From: an uncultured Planctomycetales bacterium
GTDB taxonomy: Bacteria; Omnitrophota; Gorgyraeia; Zapsychrales; Zapsychraceae
Direction of reading: 5' to 3'
Length of the DNA stretch: 64,000 nucleotides
Assembly: GCA_964630825.1 (NCBI GenBank)
Contig: CAZVZR010000005.1
Coordinates: forward strand, 3,545-67,544
Below the pieces are notes generated by a model. That model searched no databases, was not told where the DNA came from, and worked only from the letters and a program-made list of their open reading frames with translations. This document shows positions 30,977 to 39,566 of the stretch, in pieces. The position numbers and the translations under genes are program-made. How positions within the stretch are numbered: the stretch's first letter is position 1; the number at the start of each line of letters is the position of its first letter.

Positions 30977-32323
30977 ATGTTCTCAAAAATCCTTATAGCC
31001 AACCGTGGAGAAATTGCATTACGAATAATTCGTGCCTGCCGAGAACTCAATATAAAAACAGTTGCTGTCTATTCCGAAGCTGACCACGATTCACTTCATG
31101 TCCGTTTTGCCGATGAGGCAGTTTGTATCGGCCCTGCCCCGAGTAAGGAAAGTTATTTAAATATTCCTGCGATTATATCCGCTGCCGAGATTATGGATGT
31201 CCAGGCCATTCATCCGGGCTACGGATTTTTGGCTGAAAATGCTCATTTTGCAGAAATTTGTGAGTCTTGTAACATCGCGTTTATTGGGCCAAGTTCACAA
31301 TCCATTAGATTGATGGGCGACAAAGTGATGGCGAAGGAAACGGTAAGTAAGGTGGGCGTTCCATTGACTTCGGGAAGTAAAGGCGTGATTAAAACGAAAG
31401 AAGAAGCTGTTGCGTTAGCTAAAAAAATTAAATATCCGGTCATTATCAAGGCAGCCGCCGGCGGGGGTGGCAAAGGGATGCGTGTTTGCCATAATGATGT
31501 GGCTTTGGCCAGCGCGTTTTCTTTAGCCCAACATGAGGCGGAAGCTAATTTTGGCAATGCGAATATCTATCTCGAGAAATATATCGAAAATCCCCGGCAT
31601 ATTGAAATCCAGATCCTTGCTGACGGGTTTGGCAATACAATCCATTTAGGGGAAAGAGACTGCAGTATTCAACGGCGTCATCAAAAATTGTTAGAGGAGT
31701 CGCCGTCTCCGGGGTTAGACGAAAAATTAAGAAAAAAAATTGGGGAAGCGGCGATTAAGGTGGCGCGGGCGGTTAAATATAAAAACGCCGGGACAGTGGA
31801 ATTTCTTTTAAATAAAGACGGGCAGTTCTTCTTTATGGAAATGAATACCCGCATTCAAGTTGAGCATCCAGTTACGGAGATGGTAACGGGAATTGATTTG
31901 GTTAAAGAACAGATCCGAATCGCCTGCGGCGAGAAGCTGAAAATTAAACAAGAGGATGTCAAAATACGCGGTGCCGCTATTGAATGTAGAATTAACGCCG
32001 AGGATCCTAAAAATAATTTTATTCCCTGCCCGGGGAAGATTGAGGAATTAAACTTGCCCGGTGGGCCGCGGGTAAGAATTGACACGCATATTTATCAAGG
32101 TTACAAAATTCCTCCCTATTATGATTCAATGCTGGCAAAGCTAATTACTTATGGCCGTAATCGGCAGGAAGCGATAAGGATTATGAAGCGGGCATTAGAA
32201 GAGTTTTATATCAGTCCGATTAAGACAACCATTGGTTTGCATATGGAAATTCTTAATCATCCCCAGTTTGTCGAGGGTAAAGTGACAACACATTTTTTGG
32301 AGAATTTTTCAACCCATAAATAA
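30977..32323 (+). CDS. accC: acetyl-CoA carboxylase biotin carboxylase subunit
   Basis: ATP-grasp domain. 448 aa. Confidence 0.95.
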   Translation: MFSKILIANRGEIALRIIRACRELNIKTVAVYSEADHDSLHVRFADEAVCIGPAPSKESYLNIPAIISAAEIMDVQAIHPGYGFLAENAHFAEICESCNIAFIGPSSQSIRLMGDKVMAKETVSKVGVPLTSGSKGVIKTKEEAVALAKKIKYPVIIKAAAGGGGKGMRVCHNDVALASAFSLAQHEAEANFGNANIYLEKYIENPRHIEIQILADGFGNTIHLGERDCSIQRRHQKLLEESPSPGLDEKLRKKIGEAAIKVARAVKYKNAGTVEFLLNKDGQFFFMEMNTRIQVEHPVTEMVTGIDLVKEQIRIACGEKLKIKQEDVKIRGAAIECRINAEDPKNNFIPCPGKIEELNLPGGPRVRIDTHIYQGYKIPPYYDSMLAKLITYGRNRQEAIRIMKRALEEFYISPIKTTIGLHMEILNHPQFVEGKVTTHFLENFSTHK

Positions 32324-32432
32324 TTGATAGCTAACAAGTAGGTAGGGAGCATTATAATAAGATGTTTTTTAGTTAAAGTTTTGGTAAAATAGTCCATATT
32401 ATCAAATATATTATTATCGTGAGGAGGAAACG

Positions 32433-33047
32433 ATGAGTTTTATAAAATCTATAGGGAGAATAATTGTTTTATCTTTACTGACAATTCCGGTTGTTGTCGC
32501 CGGTATAATTATCCTGTTTGCTCTGCGGGCAGTGAGTATTTCTCAATTAAATACGATGTTTCTAGCCATTTCTTCGAATGAGAACCTTCGGATAACCGCA
32601 ATCATTGCCGGAAGTATTATGCTTATCATGAATTTTATTTTGTTTAAGCAATTTTCGTTTTTTGATGACGATAAAATTGTGGAATTTGACAATCCGTCAG
32701 GCCGCGTGAGTTTACCTATCCGTGCCTTAGAAGATTTGATTAAGCGCGTTGTGGCTAAACAATTGGAAATAAAAGATGCGAAGGCCTCGATTAGAATTGC
32801 CAGGAAAGCCCTGAAGGTTCAGATTCGCTTAACGTTGGCTTCGGAAGTCAATATCCCGGATATAACCGCAAGGATTCAGGATCTCGTAAAGAAGAAGTTG
32901 CAAGATGCCATTGGGCTAGATGAGTCAATCAATGTTACTGTTTACGTCGGGAGGATTTTACCGCAACGGATGAAGGATTTGCCCCGTACGGCGAAAGACG
33001 ATGATGATACAGAAAACCATGTCCCTTTCCAAGGATACCGTGCTTAA
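32433..33047 (+). CDS. membrane protein with an Asp23/Gls24-like (alkaline shock) domain
   Basis: Two to three N-terminal TM helices. The C-terminal domain resembles the Asp23 family (DNPSGRVSLPIRALEDLIKRVV...). Confidence 0.5.
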   Translation: MSFIKSIGRIIVLSLLTIPVVVAGIIILFALRAVSISQLNTMFLAISSNENLRITAIIAGSIMLIMNFILFKQFSFFDDDKIVEFDNPSGRVSLPIRALEDLIKRVVAKQLEIKDAKASIRIARKALKVQIRLTLASEVNIPDITARIQDLVKKKLQDAIGLDESINVTVYVGRILPQRMKDLPRTAKDDDDTENHVPFQGYRA

Positions 33048-33074
33048 TTTTTATAAACAGAGAGTGATGATTTA

Positions 33075-34100
33075 ATGAAAAAAATAGGTGTCCTGACGGG
33101 TGGGGCAGATTGCCCGGGGTTAAACTCTGTGATTCGGGCGGTCGTTCGAAAAGGCATGCAAGATGGATATGTCGTGACCGGCATTAAGAATGGTTGGATA
33201 GGCCTTCTTGAAAATGATATGAAGGTACTCGATTTGAGGGGAACATCAGGCATTCTGGACCGTGGGGGGACCATTTTAGGGACGAGCCGTATCGTTCCTC
33301 CTTTGGAGAATGAAAAGTTAGATATAATTGCCGAAAATTTTAGACGTAACGGAATGGATGCTTTGATTGCCGTTGGAGGAGAAGATACTTTGAAGATTGC
33401 CTTGGATTTGTATAAGCGTCATGCCTTGCCGGTTATTGGGGTTCCCAAGTCTATTGATAATGCTTTATTTGGCACCGACTATGCTTTTGGTTTTGATACG
33501 GCAGTGAACATCGCCACCGAATGCATTGACCGTTTGCATACTACCGCTGAAAGCCATCACCGGATTATTGTTATTGAAGTGATGGGCCGTTTTACCGGAT
33601 GGATTGCGTTGGAAGCGGGTATCGCCGGCGGCGCTGATATTATTTTGGTCCCGGAATACCCTGTGGATATAGATGAAGTTTGTGAGACATTAAAAGCCCG
33701 TCATGAAAGAGGGAAATTTTTTAGTATCGTCGTGGTTTCCGAAGGCGTAAAACTTAAAGGGCACTCTATCGAAAATGGCCAGAGTGGGAAGCATTCACGC
33801 CATCACGTGGGCCGTGTCGGAGAAATGATTGCTGATTTAGTCGAAGATAAAACCGGGTATGAAACGCGGGTGAGTGTTTTAGGGCATATTCAACGAGGCG
33901 GCACACCCACTGCTTATGACAGAATTATTGGCACACAGTTTGGTTTCAAGGCGGTTGAGCTTATTAAGGAGAAAAAGTTCGGGCACATGGTAAGCCTTAT
34001 GGACAATAAGTTAAATTCGGTCCCGATCGCCAAAGCGGTTAAGCAACATAAAACCATTGATAAAGAGTTGTATGAAGTAGCAAAAGTCGTCTCCGGTTAA
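33075..34100 (+). CDS. pfkA: 6-phosphofructokinase, probably pyrophosphate-dependent
   Basis: PFK family. GGED replaces GGDG and PKSIDN has Lys, both diagnostic of PPi-PFK by established motif rules. Confidence 0.85.
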   Translation: MKKIGVLTGGADCPGLNSVIRAVVRKGMQDGYVVTGIKNGWIGLLENDMKVLDLRGTSGILDRGGTILGTSRIVPPLENEKLDIIAENFRRNGMDALIAVGGEDTLKIALDLYKRHALPVIGVPKSIDNALFGTDYAFGFDTAVNIATECIDRLHTTAESHHRIIVIEVMGRFTGWIALEAGIAGGADIILVPEYPVDIDEVCETLKARHERGKFFSIVVVSEGVKLKGHSIENGQSGKHSRHHVGRVGEMIADLVEDKTGYETRVSVLGHIQRGGTPTAYDRIIGTQFGFKAVELIKEKKFGHMVSLMDNKLNSVPIAKAVKQHKTIDKELYEVAKVVSG

Positions 34101-34110
34101 GGGTAGATTA

Positions 34111-34683
34111 ATGCAGAAGAAAATTCAGGATATTTTTCAGGAATCCATTCGGGTTAAACAAAAGACTCTGGAATTAAACACCGATAGAATAGCCCAAGCA
34201 AGTAAAGATTTGATAGAAGCTTTTCGGAAGAGGAAGAAAATTTTGATTTTCGGCAACGGCGGATCCGCAGCCGACAGCCAACATATTGCGGCGGAGTTTA
34301 TCGGCCGTTTCCAGAAAGAGCGTCAAGCGTTAGCGGCCATCGCGCTGACTACCGACACATCCATTCTTACGGCATTAAGCAATGATTATAGTTTTGACAT
34401 TGTGTTTGCCCGACAAATTGAAGCTCTGGGTGAAAAAGGCGATGTCGCCTGGGGAATTTCTACTAGCGGTAATTCTAAGAATGTCATTGAAGGTGTGAAA
34501 AAGGCTAAGCAAATGGGATTACGCACCATATCCTTAACCGGCCATAAAGGTGGGGAATTAGCCAAGCTGACAGATATCAGTCTTATTGTTCCTTCCGAAA
34601 ATACGGCGAGGATTCAAGAATCTCACTTGTGCATGATGCATGCGATTTGCCAGCTGGTTGAGGAAGAACTTACGGCAAAGTAA
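34111..34683 (+). CDS. gmhA: phosphoheptose (sedoheptulose-7-P) isomerase
   Basis: SIS domain. 190 aa. Confidence 0.85.
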   Translation: MQKKIQDIFQESIRVKQKTLELNTDRIAQASKDLIEAFRKRKKILIFGNGGSAADSQHIAAEFIGRFQKERQALAAIALTTDTSILTALSNDYSFDIVFARQIEALGEKGDVAWGISTSGNSKNVIEGVKKAKQMGLRTISLTGHKGGELAKLTDISLIVPSENTARIQESHLCMMHAICQLVEEELTAK

Positions 34684-34691
34684 GGTTAGTT

Positions 34692-35183
34692 GTGAAACTT
34701 AATAAGAAAATTGTAAGTCTGCAGGCACTTAAAAAGAAGTTGCCCTTTTATCGGAAGCGCGGGAAGAAGATAGCGTTCACGAATGGCTGTTTCGATATTC
34801 TTCACTATGGGCATGTGTACTATCTGGAAAAAGCAAAAAAAGACAATAGGATCCTTATTGTCGGATTAAACAGCGACTCTTCGGTTAGAAGCATCAAAGG
34901 TCCGCAGCGCCCCATCAATCCCCAACAATATCGGGCAGCTTTATTGGCAGCATTAAGCTGTATTGATTTTGTGATTATTTTCAACGAATTAACACCGCAC
35001 AAAGTAATTGGAAACATTAAACCGGATATCCTCATCAAAGGGGCGGATTGGAAGGGAAAAGATGTGGTTGGCCGCGATACCGTTTTGAAATACGGTGGCC
35101 GGGTGGAATTTATTTCTTATATCCCCAATCAATCAACGACAAAAATTTTAGAGAAAATAACCAAAAGGTGCGCAAAATCTTAA
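34692..35183 (+). CDS. hldC: D-glycero-beta-D-manno-heptose 1-phosphate adenylyltransferase (RfaE domain II only)
   Basis: GTG start. Cytidylyltransferase motif AFTNGCFDILHYGHV. 163 aa. Confidence 0.8.
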   Translation: MKLNKKIVSLQALKKKLPFYRKRGKKIAFTNGCFDILHYGHVYYLEKAKKDNRILIVGLNSDSSVRSIKGPQRPINPQQYRAALLAALSCIDFVIIFNELTPHKVIGNIKPDILIKGADWKGKDVVGRDTVLKYGGRVEFISYIPNQSTTKILEKITKRCAKS

Positions 35184-35587
35184 TACGAGATAATTTATAC
35201 CGTGGGATCGATGCTAATTATAACCGGGCCAAAGAGGGGTTGCGCGTGTGTGAGGATATTTGTCGGTTTGTTTTAGATAAAAGGGCTTTGACGAAGAATT
35301 GGAAAGTGCTGCGGCATCGGTTGACCGATGAGGTTGGTAATTTAAGGTTAAACGAATTGCTAAAGGCCCGGGACATCGAAAAAGATGTGGGAAAGAAAAC
35401 AATTAAAAGCGAAGTTACCCGTAAACAAGTCGGCGATCTTTTTTATGCCAATGTGCAGCGTGTCAAAGAATCTATCCGTGTGCTGGAAGAGTTTACCAAA
35501 TTAAGTGACCGACGGCTGGCGCAAAATTTGAAAGAAATACGGTATCAAGTCTATGGACTCGAGAAAAAAACATTTGAGGCACTCTAA
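35168..35587 (+). CDS. hypothetical helical protein immediately upstream of and overlapping thiE
   Basis: In-frame GTG at 35168 inside the 35048 ORF, past the hldC stop. It overlaps thiE by 35 nt in another frame. No domain recognised. Confidence 0.45.
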   Translation: MRKILIRDNLYRGIDANYNRAKEGLRVCEDICRFVLDKRALTKNWKVLRHRLTDEVGNLRLNELLKARDIEKDVGKKTIKSEVTRKQVGDLFYANVQRVKESIRVLEEFTKLSDRRLAQNLKEIRYQVYGLEKKTFEAL

Positions 35588-36182
35588 GCTTTATTTGATT
35601 TTGGATACCCAGGTAAACGATTACGAAGAAATTTTTAAGATTGCGCAACAAGCTCTCAAAGCCGGCGTCGATATTGTTCAGCTGCGTGACAAATTTGGCT
35701 GCGATGAAGATTTTTTGAATTGTGCGTACCGGCTGCGCAAGTTGACGCATAAGCGCATACCGTTTATTGTCAATGACCGGATTGATATTGCATTAGCTGT
35801 CAATGCCGACGGTGTTCATGTCGGCCAGGAAGATATCCCGTTAAAAATTACGCGCCGGTTGATGGGGCCAAAGAAAATCATCGGTGTATCCTGTCAAACA
35901 TACAAAGATGCTTTGGCTGCGCAAAAAGAGGGGGCTGACTATATTGGGTTTGGCTCTGTTTTTAAGACATTAACCAAACCAAGCCGGCAGCCGATGAATT
36001 TAAATATCCTTAAACGGGTTGTTTCTGATATGGAAATTCCTGTCTTTGCAATTGGCGGTATAAATTTACAGAATATTGCACAGTTATTTTCAATTGGAGT
36101 TAAGCATATGGCTGTCTGTAGAGCAATATGTTTATCCGAAGAAGTAGTTTCTGTTGTTAAAGATTTTAAGAAAAGATTTTAA
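35553..36182 (+). CDS. thiE: thiamine-phosphate synthase
   Basis: Motifs LYLILD...VDIVQLRDK...IVNDRIDIALAVNADGVHVGQED...GVSCQT...ADYIGFGSVF. Confidence 0.85.
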   Translation: MDSRKKHLRHSKLYLILDTQVNDYEEIFKIAQQALKAGVDIVQLRDKFGCDEDFLNCAYRLRKLTHKRIPFIVNDRIDIALAVNADGVHVGQEDIPLKITRRLMGPKKIIGVSCQTYKDALAAQKEGADYIGFGSVFKTLTKPSRQPMNLNILKRVVSDMEIPVFAIGGINLQNIAQLFSIGVKHMAVCRAICLSEEVVSVVKDFKKRF

Positions 36183-36225
36183 CGGTATTTTTTTCTGGAA
36201 AATAATTTATGAAGAAAATCCAATT

Positions 36226-36296
36226 GCGAGGGTCATTCAATGGTAGGATCTCAGCTTCCCAAGCTGAAGACGCGGGTTCGATTCCCGTCCCTCGCT
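36226..36296 (+). tRNA. tRNA-Gly (anticodon CCC)
   Basis: Hand-folded cloverleaf. Acceptor GCGAGGG/CCCTCGC, D arm ATTC-AATGGTA-GGAT, anticodon stem TCAGC/GCTGA with loop TTCCCAA, T arm CGGG-TTCGATT-CCCG. Closely similar to E. coli glyU. No encoded CCA. Confidence 0.9.
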
Positions 36297-36358
36297 TATT
36301 GTTGTTAGAGCTAATCTTGTGTTTACCTTTTTTGCTGAATCTTTCGGGATGCGCGAAC

Positions 36359-36964
36359 ATGAAGGTTCAAAAAGAAATAGTAACAATCCCAGCCAAGATA
36401 CAAGAAGGGAAAGGCATTTACCACCGAGTCAATGAAGGTGAAACAATTTGGCGCATCGCGCAAACTTATGATGTTTCCGTTGAGGATATTGTGCGCATCA
36501 ATAACATTCCCGATATGGTGAAAATCGAAAAAGACCAGTTGATTTTCATTCCGGGGGCACAGATGGTCAAGAATGTTTACGTCGCCGATGAGCATCATAA
36601 GGAAGAATTTGTTTGGCCAATTAAAGGAAAAGTAATTCATTATTTCCATCAAAGGTTGGGGCGCGCGGTTAACCAAGGAATAGATATTCAAACCCAGCCC
36701 GGCGAAACAGTCAAGGCAGCGCGCAGTGGGAAAGTCGTCTTTGCTGATTCCTTGCCCGGTTACGGCCGAACGCTCATTCTCGACCATCAAGACGGATTTT
36801 TTACCATTTACGCCCAGAATTCTCAACTGTTGGTTCATCTTGATGATGTTGTCGCTCAAAATCAATCTTTGGCGTATATCGGCCAGAGTGGCGATTTATC
36901 ATTCTTGCATTTTCAAATACGAAAAAATTCTAAAGAATATAACCCTTTATATTATTTGCCGTAA
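36359..36964 (+). CDS. M23 family metallopeptidase with an N-terminal LysM domain
   Basis: LysM (GETIWRIAQTYDVSVEDIVRINNI) and M23 (HLDDV..., HFQIR) signatures. ATG at 36359. The track ORF 36209.. runs through the tRNA. An alternative TTG start at 36299 would add a lipoprotein-like signal. Confidence 0.75.
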   Translation: MKVQKEIVTIPAKIQEGKGIYHRVNEGETIWRIAQTYDVSVEDIVRINNIPDMVKIEKDQLIFIPGAQMVKNVYVADEHHKEEFVWPIKGKVIHYFHQRLGRAVNQGIDIQTQPGETVKAARSGKVVFADSLPGYGRTLILDHQDGFFTIYAQNSQLLVHLDDVVAQNQSLAYIGQSGDLSFLHFQIRKNSKEYNPLYYLP

Positions 36965-36970
36965 AACCAG

Positions 36971-38596
36971 ATGGAATCGATTCCGAAAATTTTTGGTCGT
37001 AGTGAAACATTAAGCTTGTTAAAGCGAAGGCTTACCGATGTTAAGGAGGGGTATCGCCAGAACCTGGCTCTCGTTGGAAATCCTTATGTCGGTAAGAGTA
37101 CTGTCCTTTATCATTTCGCGACGAACGTAGACGATCATGATGTGATTATTGTTTATCTTGATCTCGAAGAAAGAGGTTTTTCATATTTTTATTCTAAATT
37201 AATCGGCAGTTTGCTTCATGCTTATGCCAAGTCACGCGGCCTTCCACTTTCCGAAGATATTAACGTCCTGCTTGAAACAGTTAAAAACCATATCCCACAC
37301 ACGGTTCAGGTGATTAAACAGCTGCAAAAGAGTTTTCAGCTTGGAAAACATTCTACGTGTTATTTGGGGCTACTAACTCTCCCGGAAGTTTTTACAAACG
37401 AAACAGGGAAATTCTGTGTTTTGATTTTGGATGAGTTTCAAAATATTGAGGATTTTGGATTTTCCGGCGCTTTTCAAAATTTAGGTAAAAAGATAATGAC
37501 GCAGAAACGCTGTTTTTATATTGTTTCCAGTTCTTATCCCAGCTTGGCGCAGAAAATTCTTTCGGAAAAGTTGTCTTTGCTGTTCGGGAATTTTGAGGTA
37601 GTGACGGTGGATACGTTGGATTTAAAGAGTTCGCAGGAGTTCATCGAGCACAGCGTTGGTGAAAACAAAATAGGTGTCCAGCTTTGTAATTTTTTGACAG
37701 ATTTTACCGGCGGCTATCCTTTATATCTAGATTTGATTTGCCAGGAACTAGTCGATTTAAGCGCTCTTCATAGACAAAATGAAATTTATATGCCTTTAGT
37801 TTCTCAAGCGATTGAAAATACAATCTTTCATAAATGGGGTGTTATTAGCCGCCATTTTGAACTGATAATACAAGAAATTATTAATGAGAAGAATAATGCC
37901 ATAATTCCCAATATGTTGATGGCATTAGCTAATGGGAAATATAAAGTAAGTGAAGTGATTAAAGCGACGACGATTACGGAAGTTAAAGTCCGGCAGAATT
38001 TAAATTATTTATTAGGGCGAGGCATTGTTGTCAAAAATGGCGCTTTCTATTACCTCAAAGATAAGCTTTTCAAGTATTGGGTAAAATATGTTTATCAAAG
38101 GCGGCTTAAGGAAGTGGAATTGACACCGAATTATTTACGGCGTCAATTTAAAGAGGAGTTGAACCGCGCCATGGAAACATTCAAAGCGGATTCCCGCAAA
38201 GATTTCCACCAGCGGATTACGGATTTGGTTTCGTGTTTTGACAATGAAGCCTTTGAGCTTAACGGGCGGCGGTATAAACTTCCCGTGTTTTCTGAAGTGA
38301 CGCCTTTAAAATTGCGTAATGACAGCGGAAATTATTTGGATTTAATCAAAGCGACAACGGATCGCAATACGTGGGTGATCATTTCCAAGAAAGACGGCTT
38401 AAATGAGGCGGATGTGAGTGCCATTTTGCAGGAAGCAAAGAAAATGCCTTTAAAACCAGAACGTTGCCTGATCATTTCCCTTTCAGCGCTGGAAGATACA
38501 GTTAAGTTAAGGGCTTTGCAGGAAAAGTTTTGGGTTTGGAATGAGGCGGAATTAAAGACACTTTTAACTTTGTTTGATAAATCTTATATCGTCTGA
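36971..38596 (+). CDS. P-loop ATPase of the Arch_ATPase/DUF234-like family with wHTH and a C-terminal domain of about 170 aa of unknown function
   Basis: FGRSETLSLL...GNPYVGKST Walker A, VLILDEF Walker B, a winged-helix region near residues 300-350, and a further C-terminal region with no recognisable motif. Confidence 0.7.
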   Translation: MESIPKIFGRSETLSLLKRRLTDVKEGYRQNLALVGNPYVGKSTVLYHFATNVDDHDVIIVYLDLEERGFSYFYSKLIGSLLHAYAKSRGLPLSEDINVLLETVKNHIPHTVQVIKQLQKSFQLGKHSTCYLGLLTLPEVFTNETGKFCVLILDEFQNIEDFGFSGAFQNLGKKIMTQKRCFYIVSSSYPSLAQKILSEKLSLLFGNFEVVTVDTLDLKSSQEFIEHSVGENKIGVQLCNFLTDFTGGYPLYLDLICQELVDLSALHRQNEIYMPLVSQAIENTIFHKWGVISRHFELIIQEIINEKNNAIIPNMLMALANGKYKVSEVIKATTITEVKVRQNLNYLLGRGIVVKNGAFYYLKDKLFKYWVKYVYQRRLKEVELTPNYLRRQFKEELNRAMETFKADSRKDFHQRITDLVSCFDNEAFELNGRRYKLPVFSEVTPLKLRNDSGNYLDLIKATTDRNTWVIISKKDGLNEADVSAILQEAKKMPLKPERCLIISLSALEDTVKLRALQEKFWVWNEAELKTLLTLFDKSYIV

Positions 38597-39075
38597 TGAA
38601 AATAGGCGTAGTTTCCGATACACATTCTCAGGAAATCCCGCAGCAATTAATCAAGGACTTTGCTGATGTTGATTTAATTGTTCATGCTGGTGATTTCTGT
38701 TCTAAGAATGTATACGATAGTTTTACAAAAATGAAAACGTTAAAAGCCGTTTACGGGAATATGGATGAAGCAGATTTATGCCGGAAGCTCCCGCAAAAAA
38801 ATATTTTTGAATGCGGTGGTCTGCGCATCGGTGTTTATCATGGTGAAGGACCGGCAAAGAGAGTTATAGATTTTGTCCGCGAGGAATTTAAGGATGATAA
38901 AGTGGATGTAGTTATTTTTGGGCATTCACACCACCCGCTTAATGAAATTATCGATAATGTTTTATATTTTAATCCGGGAAGCCCGAATGATAAAGTACAT
39001 GCCCCGTATTGTTCGTATGGGATGTTAGAAATCAAAGACGGCAAAGCCAACGGCAAAATTATAAAGGTAAAATAA
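38596..39075 (+). CDS. YfcE/MJ0936-type metallophosphoesterase
   Basis: Motifs MKIGVVSDTHS, GDF, GHSHH. Start overlaps the ATPase stop. Confidence 0.8.
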   Translation: MKIGVVSDTHSQEIPQQLIKDFADVDLIVHAGDFCSKNVYDSFTKMKTLKAVYGNMDEADLCRKLPQKNIFECGGLRIGVYHGEGPAKRVIDFVREEFKDDKVDVVIFGHSHHPLNEIIDNVLYFNPGSPNDKVHAPYCSYGMLEIKDGKANGKIIKVK

Positions 39076-39566
39076 TGGATAAACTCTGGGCACCGTGGCG
39101 GGTTAAATATATAACAAAGATTCTTAAAACGACGCGTGGATGTGTCTTCTGCCGGATTATTAAGTCTAAAGATGATAAGAAGAATTATGTTTTATCGAGG
39201 ACCAAGTATTGTTACGCCGTCTTGAATATTTATCCTTACAATAACGGTCATGTTTTAATTCTCCCCAACCGGCATGTTAATGATTTAAATAAACTGACTC
39301 GGCAGGAACGCGAGGATTTAATGGATCTTCTGGAAACGACCAAGTCCGTAATCGATAAAGTGTTGAAACCGCAAGGATATAATATTGGCATAAATTTAGG
39401 CCGGGTTGCGGGAGCAGGTTTTCCGGGTCATTTGCATATTCATCTGGTGCCGCGCTGGAAAGGCGATGTGAATTTTATGCCGACGGTGGCAAACACAAAA
39501 GTTATTTCACAATCGTTGCAGGCGTTACATACGCTATTATCTGATGCATACAAGAAAAGACATTGA
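39075..39566 (+). CDS. HIT-family nucleotide hydrolase/transferase
   Basis: Histidine triad HLHIHLVPRW with N-terminal LWAPWRVKYI. ATG at 39075 overlaps the preceding stop by 1 nt. Confidence 0.8.
   Translation: MDKLWAPWRVKYITKILKTTRGCVFCRIIKSKDDKKNYVLSRTKYCYAVLNIYPYNNGHVLILPNRHVNDLNKLTRQEREDLMDLLETTKSVIDKVLKPQGYNIGINLGRVAGAGFPGHLHIHLVPRWKGDVNFMPTVANTKVISQSLQALHTLLSDAYKKRH

Noticed and set aside
36209-36358. N-terminal part of the track ORF 36209-36964
   Set aside because: It is a translation of tRNA-Gly, not coding. The CDS was trimmed to 36359.
36323-36865. 180-aa minus-strand ORF
   Set aside because: It is antisense to the M23/LysM peptidase gene, which has clear domain signatures. The minus-strand ORF is a shadow ORF.
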